Origin: an uncultured Actinomycetota bacterium
GTDB taxonomy: Bacteria > Actinomycetota > Actinomycetes > JAHEKZ01
DNA: 64,000 nt
Direction of reading: 5' to 3'
Assembly: GCA_963829525.1 (NCBI GenBank)
Contig: CAWHIJ010000003.1
Coordinates: 1,184,001 to 1,248,000 of the forward strand
Position 1 is the stretch's first letter. Each line of letters opens with the position of its first letter. The notes beneath the pieces were generated by a model. It saw only the letters and a program-made list of their open reading frames with translations, did no database searches and was not told where the DNA came from. The translations under genes and the position numbers were made by a program. This document shows, in pieces, positions 19,605 to 31,370 of this stretch.

Positions 19605-20842
19605 GTGACCGTCTCCCAAACGTTCCAAAGGCAACCGATCCAGATGTTCGGCACCCCTGGTGCCCCGACTGTCATCGTGCCAAGCAGTTCCTCAGCGAGC
19701 AACGCATTCCCGTACGAGTTCACCGATGTGGATGCCGATCCGGCCGGCCGCGAAACCGTGGAGCGGGTCAACGACGGCAAACTCATCATCCCGGTACTGG
19801 TGTTTGAGGACGGCAGCACTTTGGTTGAGCCGAGCAACGCCGACCTCGCGGCCAAACTGGGCCTGCGCACCGAGGCCCAGCATCGCTTCTACTCGTTGAT
19901 CATCGTGGGAAGTGGTGTCGCCGGTCTCACGGCCGCGATCTACGCCGCTCGTGAGGGTATCGCCACTCTTGTGATCGAGTCCGGGGCCGTCGGAGGCACG
20001 ATCGGGATGCACCGACCAGGTCGACAACTTCCCAGGGTTTCCCGATGGCGTGGCGGGTGGCGAGTTCGCCGATCGTCTGCGTCGCCAGGCCGAGCGCTTC
20101 GGCGTCGAGATCCTGTCGGCGACCGAAGTTGCGTCCCTTGCAGTCGACGATGACCAGAAGGTCGTGACCACAAGTTCCGGCGACGAGTACCGGTCGCATG
20201 CGTTGCTTGGTCGCGACGGGCTCGACCTACCGACGCCTTGGCATTCCGGGGGAGGAAGACTTCATCGGCTCCGGGGTGCACTTCTGCGCCACGTGCGACG
20301 GTGCCTTCTACCGCGGCGAGGAGGTCGTAGTCGTCGGCGGCGGTAACTCAGCAACTGAGGAGAGCCTGTTCCTCACCACGTTGGACCAGCGCATCACGCT
20401 GGTCACGACGGCCGACCGGCTCACGGCCAGCGCCGCCGTAGTCGACAAGGTGGAGCGAACGACGCAATCGATGTTCGTGTCAGCACCACGCCCGTCGAGT
20501 TCGTAGGTGAGAACGGCAAGCTGACCGGGCTTGTCGTCGAGGATCCCGCCGGAGTCCGAGAGACGATCAGAACACCGGCGGCCTTTGTCTTCATCGGGCT
20601 GACACCCAACGCCTTGCTGGTGAGCGAGCTGGTGGAGACCGACGCCTCAGGGATTCGTCAGGGCAGACATGGGCATGCAGACATCGGCTTCGGGAGTTTT
20701 CGTGGCCGGTGACGTACGTAGCGGAAGCACCAAGCAGGCGGCTGCCGCGGCTGGCGAGGGCGCAGCCGCAGCGATCGCGATTCGGCGTTACCTCGAGCCG
20801 TTCGGCGAGGCGATGCGTCCCAACGTCGTTGATACCGGTTAG
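19605..20842 (+). pseudogene. Glutaredoxin/mycoredoxin-like domain fused to thioredoxin-disulfide reductase; six single-base indels
   Basis: Reconstruction gives WCPDC, GSGVAG, DNFPGF, ATGS, HFCATCDG, VGGGNSA, VAGDVR...KQ; 411 aa with no internal stop once indels are corrected. Confidence 0.85.
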
Positions 20843-20860
20843 GCCGGTTAGGGTGAGGCG

Positions 20861-21481
20861 GTGCCCCCATCCCTGTCGCTTCCCGAGCGCGTCGGTGGAC
20901 GCCTTTGCCTTGATTTCGTCAACACCGTCGACCCTCGCCGACCGAATGAAGGCCGTGACTACCTCGCCAGCTATGCCGATGTCCTTGGATGGTTCGAGAT
21001 GGTCGATGTGCCGCTGCCTCGGCCGATCTCCTGGCTGAGGAGGCGAGCCAAGGCCGCCGCGACAGAGGCATCGGTGGCTCACCGTCAGGCGGTGGCCATG
21101 CGTGAGGCAGCCTTCGCCCTGATCAATGCCTCGCGCCTCGGCGAAGAAGTTCGGACAAGCGACCTCGTGAAGCTGAACGACGCCCTGGGCGAAAGCATCG
21201 GTCACCGCGTCCTGGCGGCGTCGAATCGCGGCGGCGTCCGGGAGGAGTGGCGCACCTCCGACGCGCTTGCCCAGGTGCTCTGGCCGGTGGCGATCGACGT
21301 GTGGGACTTGCTGACCGAGCCAGAGCTGGCGCTGGTCCGGCAGTGTCCGCTGGAGGCCGGAGGGTGCGGGTGGCTCTTTCTGGACACGAGCCGGGCCGGC
21401 AACAGGCGGTGGTGTGACATGCGCACCTGTGGGAACCGCGCCAAGGTTCGCGCCCACTACTCGCGTAGCGCTCGCGGGTGA
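20861..21481 (+). CDS. ABATE / CGNR zinc-finger protein
   Basis: LDFVNT, C...CGWLFLDTSR...RRWCDMRTCGNRAK. Confidence 0.94.
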   Translation: MPPSLSLPERVGGRLCLDFVNTVDPRRPNEGRDYLASYADVLGWFEMVDVPLPRPISWLRRRAKAAATEASVAHRQAVAMREAAFALINASRLGEEVRTSDLVKLNDALGESIGHRVLAASNRGGVREEWRTSDALAQVLWPVAIDVWDLLTEPELALVRQCPLEAGGCGWLFLDTSRAGNRRWCDMRTCGNRAKVRAHYSRSARG

Positions 21482-21535
21482 GCGCCTAGGCTCACACTGG
21501 TACGCCGGCTACTCCGAATCGCTTTGGGAGCTGAC

Positions 21536-22465
21536 ATGGATCTGACGATGGTCGGACTAGGTCGCATGGGTGGGAACATGGCCCGACGCCTGGGGCGCGG
21601 TGGACATTTGGTGACTGCAGTCGATCCGAGTCCAGCGGCTCGTGCCGCGATGGCCGATGAGCCGGGCGTGGTCGCAACACACCCGACGGTGGCCGACGCT
21701 GTCGCTGCGCAGGATGCGCCAAGAGTGGTTTGGCTGATGCTCCCTGCGGGGTCCGTCACCGAAGGGGTGATGGGCGAGTTGCGTGAGGTCCTGTCGCCCG
21801 GGGACATTGTCGTCGACGGCGGCAACGCCGACTACCGCGACTCCCAACGCGTGGCGGCCAGCATGTCTGACTGCGGCCTTGGGTTTGTCGACGTCGGGGT
21901 CTCCGGCGGAGTGTGGGGTCTTGAAGAGGGGTACGGCCTGATGGCAGGAGGGTCAGTTCCCGACGTTGAGCGGCTCATACCGGCCCTGAAGACACTTGCG
22001 CCCGCCCCGGACTCGGGTTGGGTGCACGCCGGGCCCGTAGGCGCCGGTCACTTCACCAAGATGGTGCACAACGGCATCGAGTACGGAGCTATGCAAGCCC
22101 TGGCTGAGGGATTTGCATTGCTCGAGGCTCGCGACGAACTCGTCACCGACGTCGCCGCGGTTGCCGAGGCATGGCGGCACGGAACGGTGATCCGGTCGTG
22201 GCTGCTCGACCTCACCGCGTCGGTGCTCAAGGACGAAGCGCCCCTTCAGGGCATCGCGCCGGTCGTCGCCGACTCCGGTGAGGGTCGCTGGACAGTGCGC
22301 GAGTCGATCGATACGGGGGTACCTGCGCCCGTTATTGCGGCCGCATTGATGCAGCGGTTCTCCAGCCAGGGCAACGGCGACTTCGCGAACCAGCTGCTGG
22401 CGATGATGCGGAACTCATTCGGCGGTCATGCAGTTGGGCGACGCCAAGAACCTGAAGCCCGGTGA
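21536..22465 (+). CDS. gnd: 6-phosphogluconate dehydrogenase, decarboxylating (short type)
   Basis: GLGRMG, DGGN, VSGGVWG, KMVHNGIEYG, DSGEGRWT, RNSFGGH. Confidence 0.95.
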   Translation: MDLTMVGLGRMGGNMARRLGRGGHLVTAVDPSPAARAAMADEPGVVATHPTVADAVAAQDAPRVVWLMLPAGSVTEGVMGELREVLSPGDIVVDGGNADYRDSQRVAASMSDCGLGFVDVGVSGGVWGLEEGYGLMAGGSVPDVERLIPALKTLAPAPDSGWVHAGPVGAGHFTKMVHNGIEYGAMQALAEGFALLEARDELVTDVAAVAEAWRHGTVIRSWLLDLTASVLKDEAPLQGIAPVVADSGEGRWTVRESIDTGVPAPVIAAALMQRFSSQGNGDFANQLLAMMRNSFGGHAVGRRQEPEAR

Positions 22466-24244
22466 TGAGCCGGACCTCGCACCTCTGAGAGGTTGTGCGC
22501 GGTATTCACCAGTGCGACATGGCTGAACGCCTGTGGAAAGTTGCCGAGCAGTTCACCCTTTACGGGATCAAACTCCTCCGACAGCAGACCGACGTCGTTA
22601 CGCAGTGAAAGCAGGCGCTCGAAAAGGGCATGTGCCTCGTGTGTCCGACCTTGAAGCGCGTAGTTGTCGGCGAGCCAGAAGGAGCAAGGAAGAAAGTAGC
22701 CCTTCACTTCCGGTGATCCCCTCCACATCGGCGTCTGGCAGGTACCGGAGCACGAGACCGTCGTGCACCAGTTCTTGCTCGATTGCCTTGACGGTGCCAA
22801 GCAGCCGTGGATCGTCGGCGGGCAGGAAACCTACGAGCGGCATCATGAGCAGGGCGGCATCGAGCGACTTTCCGCCATACGACTGCACAAACGTGTTTCG
22901 ACCGGCGTCGTAGCCGCGGTCGCACACCTCCGCATGGACTTCGTCGCGCAGCTGACGCCAGCGCGTCACCGGACCGGTACGGTCGAAGCGTTCGACTGCC
23001 TTTACGGCGCGGTCGAAACCCACCCATGCCATGACCTTCGAGTGGGTGAAGTGACGTCGAGGGCCACGCACCTCCCAGAGCGAGGAGTCCGGCCGTTCCC
23101 AGCTGGACTCGAGAAAGTCCAGAAGGACCCGTTGCAGGTTCCACGCGTCGACCGTTTCGGCGTCTGAACCGTCGAGGCTCCGCGTCAGATGGAGCACGTC
23201 GAGCACCTCGCCGATGACGTCTAGCTGAAACTGCCCGCGCGCGGCGTTACCTACACGAACGGGAGCCGATCCTCGATATCCGGGGAGCCAGTCGATGGTC
23301 TGTTCGTCGACACGTCGTTCGCCAGAGATGCCATACAGGATCTGTAGATCTTCCGGACGCCCTGCTGCTGCGCGAAGCAGCCACTCGCGCCACTCTCTCG
23401 CCTCGCTGTGGAAACCGTTCATCAACAAGGCGTAGAGCGTGAACGTGGCATCGCGAAGCCAGCAGTAGCGATAGTCCCAGTTGCGCGTGCCCCCGATCAT
23501 TTCCGGCAGCGATGTCGTCGGGGCTGCCAGGATCCCTCCGGTGGGGGCGTAGGTCAGTGCCTTCAAGGTGATCGCCGAGCGTCGCACCGCCTCTGCCCAA
23601 GGGCCCGAGACCGGACACTGCTCCATCCAGGTCTGCCACCACTGGCACGCCGCCGCGACGGCGACCTCGGGGTCGACGGCTGCAGGTGGAAGCTCATGCG
23701 ACGGGTGGTGGATGAGCACGAAGGACACCGTCTCGCCGGCGGACAGCTCGAACTCGCCCGTCGTCTGCAGGTCATGACCGACCAGTGGCACCGTGGTGTG
23801 AACGGCAACGGCATCGGGGCCGGCGACAGCCCGAAGGACGTCGTTCTGACGAGTGACCCAGGGAACGACGCTGCCGTAGTCGAATCGCAGGACAAGCTCG
23901 GTATACATCTTGACTCGTCCGGAAACTCCGGTGACTCTGCGCACCAGCGTGGGGCGCTCGGCCTCGGGAACCATGAGGTCGGTGATCGTCACCTCACCGG
24001 ATTGCGCGCGCATCGAGGTATCGAGAACCAACGTGTCGCCACGGTAGCGACGACGTACCTCCAGCACCTCATCGCGGGGGCGAATCAGCCAGCGACCGTG
24101 CTGTTCAGTACCGACAAGTGCCGCGAAGCAGGCCCCGGAGTCGAAGCGGGGGGCGCAGAACCAGTCGATCGAACCGTCGCGACCGACGAGCGCGGCAGTC
24201 CGTGTGTCGCCGATGAGTGCGTAATCGGATATTGGCAGCGTCAC
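22426..24244 (-). pseudogene. Glycoside hydrolase family 15 (trehalase/glucoamylase-like); one +1 indel near 22701
   Basis: DYALIGD, TTSLPE, RNWDYRYCWLRDA, LWEVRG, GLLSEE, GNFPQAFSH; corrected length 605 aa. Confidence 0.9.
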
Positions 24245-24245
24245 G

Positions 24246-24929
24246 TCAGGTCTTTGCCAATAGTGCAGCGGCCGGCGCATCTACGTATGCGGTGGCAGAC
24301 GCGCCCGTCACTGCGCGGGACGCTGGTGAGGCCGAGCGGTCTTGGGTCATCTCGCTCAGAGCCACTGCCTTGTCGGCCCCCGCAACGAGCCAGACCTGAT
24401 GGCGGGCACGGTTCAGCACCGGCAGGGTCAAAGACAGACGTCGGTAGCCGCCGAAAGCGTTTACCCACGAGACGTCTTGATTGACTGTTTCAACGGCTGG
24501 ATCGTCCGGTACCAACGACGCGGTGTGTCCGTCCGCGCCAAGCCCCAGGTGAACAACGTCGAGGACAACGGGTCCGCCGGTAACTGCCACGAGCTCCTTC
24601 GCATACGAGGTGTCGGCATCGTCGACCTCAACGGGCATGGGGTGTCGATGCGTGCGCGGCACGAGAGCGGCCAGAGGAAGAAGTTGGGTCCAGTTGCGTG
24701 CCGGGTCATCGGAGGGAACTGCTCGCTCGTCCACCTGACAGAGATGCACGAACTCCCAGGGCACCGACAACGTCGCGAGCTGGCTGACCATCAGCCCTGG
24801 AGTTCTTCCTCCGCTCATGGCGAGCGTGGCGCTACCACGTGTAGCGACCGCGGCCGCCAGCAGCTCGGCAATGGCGGCGGCGGCAGCATGGGCGGCCGCC
24901 GATGGCGTGGGATAGACGTCGAGATGCAT
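24246..24929 (-). CDS. pgl: 6-phosphogluconolactonase
   Basis: SGGRTP, VDER, LGLGADGHTASL; follows zwf. Confidence 0.92.
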   Translation of the reverse strand: MHLDVYPTPSAAAHAAAAAIAELLAAAVATRGSATLAMSGGRTPGLMVSQLATLSVPWEFVHLCQVDERAVPSDDPARNWTQLLPLAALVPRTHRHPMPVEVDDADTSYAKELVAVTGGPVVLDVVHLGLGADGHTASLVPDDPAVETVNQDVSWVNAFGGYRRLSLTLPVLNRARHQVWLVAGADKAVALSEMTQDRSASPASRAVTGASATAYVDAPAAALLAKT

Positions 24930-24934
24930 GCTGC

Positions 24935-26344
24935 CTACTGCGGTCCTGGTTCGTGCCAGCCACCGACGTCAGCGGCCAACGCGTCTCCTGCTGACGGTCC
25001 CCACGTGCCAGGCCGATACAGCTCAGGAGCCTCTTCGGACCGTCCGTCGAGCAGGCTGTCGACGATCGTCCAAGACGCAGCTACTGCGTCGGAGCGGGCA
25101 AACAGGGTGGGGTCACCGTCCATGGCGTCATCGATCAGACGCTCGTACGCGGTCATGGTGCCGACTTCGTCATCACTCATGTACAGCTCGACATTGCGGC
25201 CTACCTGAACATCTCCTGGTCTCTTGCTTCGGACGCCCAGGGCGATGGAAACACGATCGGGACCCAACCTGAAACGCAGGTGGTTGCTGTCGCGGGGGAG
25301 TGTCTCGTCGAAGAGGCGTTGGGGTGGTCTGTGAAAGGTGGCGAGAACCTCCGTGGCGGTGACCGGAAGGTGCTTGCCCGTCCGGATCAGGAACGGTACA
25401 CCGCTCCACCGCCACGAATCGACGCAGAGACGCAGCGCTGCGTACGTCTCGGTGGTCGAGTCCTGGGCCACACCCGGCTCATCGGTGTAGCCGACGTACT
25501 GGCCGCGGACGAGGTCCCCCCGTTCTGGCTGTTGGATGGCGTTGAGCACCTTGACACGCTCGTCACGCAGCGGGCCCGGCGCCATGCTCACCGGAGGTTC
25601 CATGCTGAGCAGCGACACGACCTGCAGCAGGTGGTTCTGCACGACATCGCGCACGGCCCCGAGCTCTTCGTAGAGCGCTCCGCGTCCTTCGACACCAAAG
25701 CCTTCGGCCATCGTGATCTGAACACTGGAGACATGGCTGCGGTTCCACAACGGCTCGAGGAAGGAGTTGGCGAACCGGAAGTAGAGCAAGTTCTGCACCG
25801 ACTCCTTTCCCAGGTAGTGGTCGATGCGGAAGACGTCCTCTTCTCCGAACGCGCCATCGAGGGCGTTGTCGAGCTCGCGCATCGAGGCGAGGTCTCGACC
25901 GAAGGGCTTCTCCACCACCACTCGGCCGCGTGATGCCAGCCCTGCGGTCGCCAGTTGATGCACGACGACCTCGAAGAGACTCGGCGGAATCGCCAGATAG
26001 AAGAGGGGGCTGCTGCACCCCTTCAGAGCCTCGGTCAGTCGAGTGAAGGTATCCGGGTCGCTGTAGTCGCCCGCAACAAACACGAGTTGCTTCTCGAGCT
26101 CGTCGACTGCAGCTGGATCGGCATCCTCGGCGTGCTCGGAGATGCTGCTGCGAATGTGGTCGCGGAGCCACTGCTCAGTGCGATCACCGCGTGCAACGCC
26201 GACCACCGGCACCTCTAGGCGTCCGCGGCGAGCGAGGTTGTGGAGGGCGGGGAAGATCTTCTTGTAGGCAAGGTCGCCGGTGATGCCAAAGACCACCACG
26301 GCGTCGCAGGCATCGGCAGGACGCGGTGCCCGCTCACCCATCAT
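24935..26344 (-). CDS. zwf: Glucose-6-phosphate dehydrogenase
   Basis: [33 protein letters not shown]. Confidence 0.97.
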   Translation of the reverse strand: MMGERAPRPADACDAVVVFGITGDLAYKKIFPALHNLARRGRLEVPVVGVARGDRTEQWLRDHIRSSISEHAEDADPAAVDELEKQLVFVAGDYSDPDTFTRLTEALKGCSSPLFYLAIPPSLFEVVVHQLATAGLASRGRVVVEKPFGRDLASMRELDNALDGAFGEEDVFRIDHYLGKESVQNLLYFRFANSFLEPLWNRSHVSSVQITMAEGFGVEGRGALYEELGAVRDVVQNHLLQVVSLLSMEPPVSMAPGPLRDERVKVLNAIQQPERGDLVRGQYVGYTDEPGVAQDSTTETYAALRLCVDSWRWSGVPFLIRTGKHLPVTATEVLATFHRPPQRLFDETLPRDSNHLRFRLGPDRVSIALGVRSKRPGDVQVGRNVELYMSDDEVGTMTAYERLIDDAMDGDPTLFARSDAVAASWTIVDSLLDGRSEEAPELYRPGTWGPSAGDALAADVGGWHEPGPQ

Positions 26345-26389
26345 TTCTGGGTACCCCTTCCGCGCGGCTCGACGGTCCGTGCTCCTGTC

Positions 26390-26429
26390 TTATCCACCCT
26401 AGTAGGCGGTCGTGGTTTTGCTGTCCACA
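26390..26429 (+). promoter_or_regulatory. Two DnaA-box-like 9-mers upstream of ssbB
   Basis: TTATCCACC (26390-26398) and CTGTCCACA (26421-26429), each one mismatch from TT(A/G)TCCACA. Confidence 0.5.
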
Positions 26430-26503
26430 GAACGAAAGGGGCCGGCTGCGCCGATTGCCGGTCTTGACGCACGCTGGCGTCTTCCGACTCGGAGGAGGAT
26501 GCA

Positions 26504-26950
26504 GTGAATGAGATCTTCGTGACCGTCAACGGCACCGTCGGCACCGACGTGCAGCTGACATCGGGCGAGCGCAGCAACCGGGCGAGGTTTCGGCTGGCGA
26601 CGGCCGAGCGCTACCTCGACCGGTCAACGAACCAGTGGGTTGAACGGGAGACCGTGTGGCTCGACGTCATCTGCTTCCGAAAGTTAGCCGACCATGTCGC
26701 AGCATCGGTCAGGAAGGGACAACCGGTGATAGTCCGGGGTCGGCTTCGGGTCTCCCGTTGGGAAGGTGAGAACGGCCCCCGCGAGACGCTCGAGGTGCTC
26801 GCCACGTCGGTGGGCCACGACCTCGCCCTCGGCCAGGCCTCCTTCGCCCGCCCGCCACGACCGGATCGGGAGCCGAGTCCACCGGCGGAGGCAGCGCCGA
26901 CTCCTTCGCCTGAGTTCGCGACGGGGGAGCAGGTTCCCGACGTCGCCTGA
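26504..26950 (+). CDS. ssb: Single-stranded DNA-binding protein paralogue (SsbB type)
   Basis: OB-fold motifs FRLA..ER, KGQPVIVRGRL, SVGHDL; lacks the acidic DxPF tip; sits upstream of ettA. Confidence 0.9.
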   Translation: MNEIFVTVNGTVGTDVQLTSGERSNRARFRLATAERYLDRSTNQWVERETVWLDVICFRKLADHVAASVRKGQPVIVRGRLRVSRWEGENGPRETLEVLATSVGHDLALGQASFARPPRPDREPSPPAEAAPTPSPEFATGEQVPDVA

Positions 26951-27010
26951 CGACTCAGTCTGCCCCGACCGGGGCAGAGGTGAGGGGGTGCCGGTCGTTA
27001 GGCTTCCTGC

Positions 27011-28681
<1,671 letters not shown>

Positions 28682-28691
28682 GCGCGCTTCC

Positions 28692-29108
28692 ATGGCCAAG
28701 CATCGATTCAAGTGCTCGTTGCGCTGGTCGGACATGGATGCCTATGGCCACATCAACAACACGACCTTCTTCACCTACCTGGAAGAGGCGCGGGTCGACC
28801 TCCTCTTCGTCAATGCCGGCGGTGAAGTCGCTCGCGAGCGGTTGTCGTCCGGCGTCGTCGTTGCGCGTCACGAGATCGACTACAAGGCACCCCTTGTGTT
28901 TCGACCTGAGCCGGTGGCGATCGACGTCTGGGTGGCACGGCTGAGCAACTCCTCGTTCGAGCTGCGCTACCAGATCCTGGATGACGATGGGCCCGTCTAC
29001 GCCGAGGCGGCAACGGTCCTTGTGCCGTTCGACATCGCTCGCGGACGTCCCCGGCGGGTCTCTGACGAGGAGCGAGCGGCTCTTGAGCCGTTCCTCGAGC
29101 CGGTATGA
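28692..29108 (+). CDS. Acyl-CoA thioesterase (4HBT family)
   Basis: RWSDMDAYGHINN...YLEEAR. Confidence 0.93.
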   Translation: MAKHRFKCSLRWSDMDAYGHINNTTFFTYLEEARVDLLFVNAGGEVARERLSSGVVVARHEIDYKAPLVFRPEPVAIDVWVARLSNSSFELRYQILDDDGPVYAEAATVLVPFDIARGRPRRVSDEERAALEPFLEPV

Positions 29109-29737
29109 CAGGCGTAGAGCTCGCTGGGGAGGCCGACCGTCAGGGCCTCGTTCAGTACCTCGAAAGGCTGGTCGCACTGGACAACCGGGCGGCGGTGCGT
29201 CTGCAAGCCGGTGGACCAGTTGTCGGGGTCTGGAGTGGTCCGCCCTTCGAGGTCGTGGCACTGCGCCCGGTTGCACTCGCCGCCCCGGCGCAGCTGGACG
29301 CGACCGTGTCGGCGCAGCGGCTGCTCGAGCGCGTGCGTGAGGCACTTGCAGTCGAGGTTCCACCCGCGGTCAGTGGCCCGAGCTGGGTGGGGCTGTTGCC
29401 GCCGCGCAGCGGTTGGGAGGAGCGGATCCGCGGTGACGTCGCGAACGTGCGTGCCGCGGTGGACACGGCCAAGCACTTCTTCCGTGAGCGTGCTGAGGGG
29501 GTCACCGATCGAACTGACTTGGAGCAGATTGCACAGGACGTGTGGGAACGCACCTGTCTCGGTGAGGTCCCAGTGCGATCGGCCCATGCGGCTGAGTCGT
29601 TGGGATTGATGGGGCCAGGTGAGGGTGTCGCTGTGGCCTACTCCACCGACACGTGGACTCGGCTCTCGGTGCCCGGTGGCAGCGTCGCTGCCCGTCGAGG
29701 CCTGTTCCCATCGATCTCGGTATTCGCGTTGCTCTGA
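29105..29737 (+). CDS. Conserved actinobacterial hypothetical protein (Rv2474c-like)
   Basis: AAVRLQ, DATVSA, WVGLLPPRSGW; conserved position after the thioesterase. Confidence 0.8.
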   Translation: MTGVELAGEADRQGLVQYLERLVALDNRAAVRLQAGGPVVGVWSGPPFEVVALRPVALAAPAQLDATVSAQRLLERVREALAVEVPPAVSGPSWVGLLPPRSGWEERIRGDVANVRAAVDTAKHFFRERAEGVTDRTDLEQIAQDVWERTCLGEVPVRSAHAAESLGLMGPGEGVAVAYSTDTWTRLSVPGGSVAARRGLFPSISVFALL

Positions 29738-29837
29738 GCGGGAGATCACCCACCCGTAGCCCACATGCACGAGCCCGAATGGGTGACACGAAGATCGTTT
29801 GGTCAAGACCGGGGCGTGCGAGGGACGACACACCCGT

Positions 29838-31370
29838 ATGACCACGCTCACGAGACGCCGACTCTTCGGCCTTGCTGCAGCTGGAGCAGGTGGCCTAGCC
29901 GTGAGTTCGGCGGGCGGAACCCCGGCCGCTGCAGCAGAGGCAGGCAGCGGGGCGGACTTCGTCCCGGCAGACCTCAACATTCACCTACTACGCCGAGCGA
30001 CCTTCGGTCCGACACCCGCCATGGTGTCGGCTATCACGAAGCAGGGGCGGCGGGCTTGGCTCGACAAGCAGCTGGCGCCGAGCACCATCGACGACTCCAC
30101 CTGCAGTGCCCTCATCAAGGACCGGTTTCCGCGGGTGAACTGGACGATCCCCGAGGCGCGGGATGGCCTCGAGCCGTTCTCCTGGGACCTCATGTACGAC
30201 CTCGCCTCGGCGACGATCGCGCGCGCGGCTTGGAGCAAGCGACAGCTCTTCGAAGTTGTGGTCGATTTCTGGTCGAACCACCTCAACGTCACGAATCCCA
30301 GCGACAGGGTGTGGGACAACCGCCAGGACTACGACCGTCAGGTGATCCGCAAGCACGCATTTGGTCGCTTCGAGGACATGCTGATCGCTAGCGCCACCCA
30401 CCCAGCGATGCTGCTCTACCTGAACAACGCAGACTCGACGAAGGACAACCCAAACGAGAACTACGGACGCGAGTTGTTGGAGCTGCATACCGTTAGCGTC
30501 GATGGGGGATACAACGAGCAGGACATGCGCAACTCGACGCTGGTCATGACCGGCTTCGGCATCAACTGGGAGCGTGGAACCTTCCGCTACACCGGAAGCG
30601 AGCACTATCGAGGACCGGTCAGCATCATGGGCTTCACCGACCCCAACCCGGCCGCTAACGGGTATGACGTGGGGATCAGGTACCTCAAGTACCTGGCCAA
30701 CCATCCGTCGACAGCGCACCACATCGCGTTCAAGCTCTGCCAGAGGTTCGTGTCCGACACGCCGAATCCGGTTCTGGTCGACCGGCTTGCCAGCACATAT
30801 CTCAGCCGAGGGACCGCGATCGTTCCCGTCCTGCGGCAGCTCTTCCTCAGCCAGGAGTTCGCGGGCTCGGTGGGAGAAAAGGTCCGCCGTCCCTTCGAGG
30901 ACCTCCTGGCCACCTTGCGCGTGCTCGGCTACGGCCCGGACCGTAAGGGGCGGCAAGGGATGCAGGCGCTGGTCTGGATCTCGGACAGCCTGGGACAGCA
31001 GCCCCTCGCCTGGAACCCCCCGGACGGGTACCCCGACACCGCCATCGACTGGCAGTCCGCCGGGGGGACGCTCGGGCGCTGGAACACGCACCTCTCCCTC
31101 GCAGCGCACTGGTGGCCTGACGAGCTCACCCAGCCGGAGCTGCGCACACTGCTTCCTACGCGACTGCCGAGGACGTATGGCGCCATGGTGGATGCTCTAG
31201 CTGAGCGGCTCGTCTTCCGCCGGCTGGCTCCAGAGCACCGGCAGGCAGTTCTTACCTTCCTCGGCCATCTCGGAACTGATCGGTTGAGGAGCGACAGCGA
31301 GGCAGTGGGTTGGCGGCTGCCGTACGTCGTGGCACTCATACTCGACTCTCCGTACCACGCGGTCAGGTGA
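29838..31370 (+). CDS. DUF1800 family protein, Tat-exported
   Basis: TRRRLF signal; HLLRRATFG, FWSNH, PAMLLYLNN, NENYGRELLELHT. Confidence 0.93.
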   Translation: MTTLTRRRLFGLAAAGAGGLAVSSAGGTPAAAAEAGSGADFVPADLNIHLLRRATFGPTPAMVSAITKQGRRAWLDKQLAPSTIDDSTCSALIKDRFPRVNWTIPEARDGLEPFSWDLMYDLASATIARAAWSKRQLFEVVVDFWSNHLNVTNPSDRVWDNRQDYDRQVIRKHAFGRFEDMLIASATHPAMLLYLNNADSTKDNPNENYGRELLELHTVSVDGGYNEQDMRNSTLVMTGFGINWERGTFRYTGSEHYRGPVSIMGFTDPNPAANGYDVGIRYLKYLANHPSTAHHIAFKLCQRFVSDTPNPVLVDRLASTYLSRGTAIVPVLRQLFLSQEFAGSVGEKVRRPFEDLLATLRVLGYGPDRKGRQGMQALVWISDSLGQQPLAWNPPDGYPDTAIDWQSAGGTLGRWNTHLSLAAHWWPDELTQPELRTLLPTRLPRTYGAMVDALAERLVFRRLAPEHRQAVLTFLGHLGTDRLRSDSEAVGWRLPYVVALILDSPYHAVR

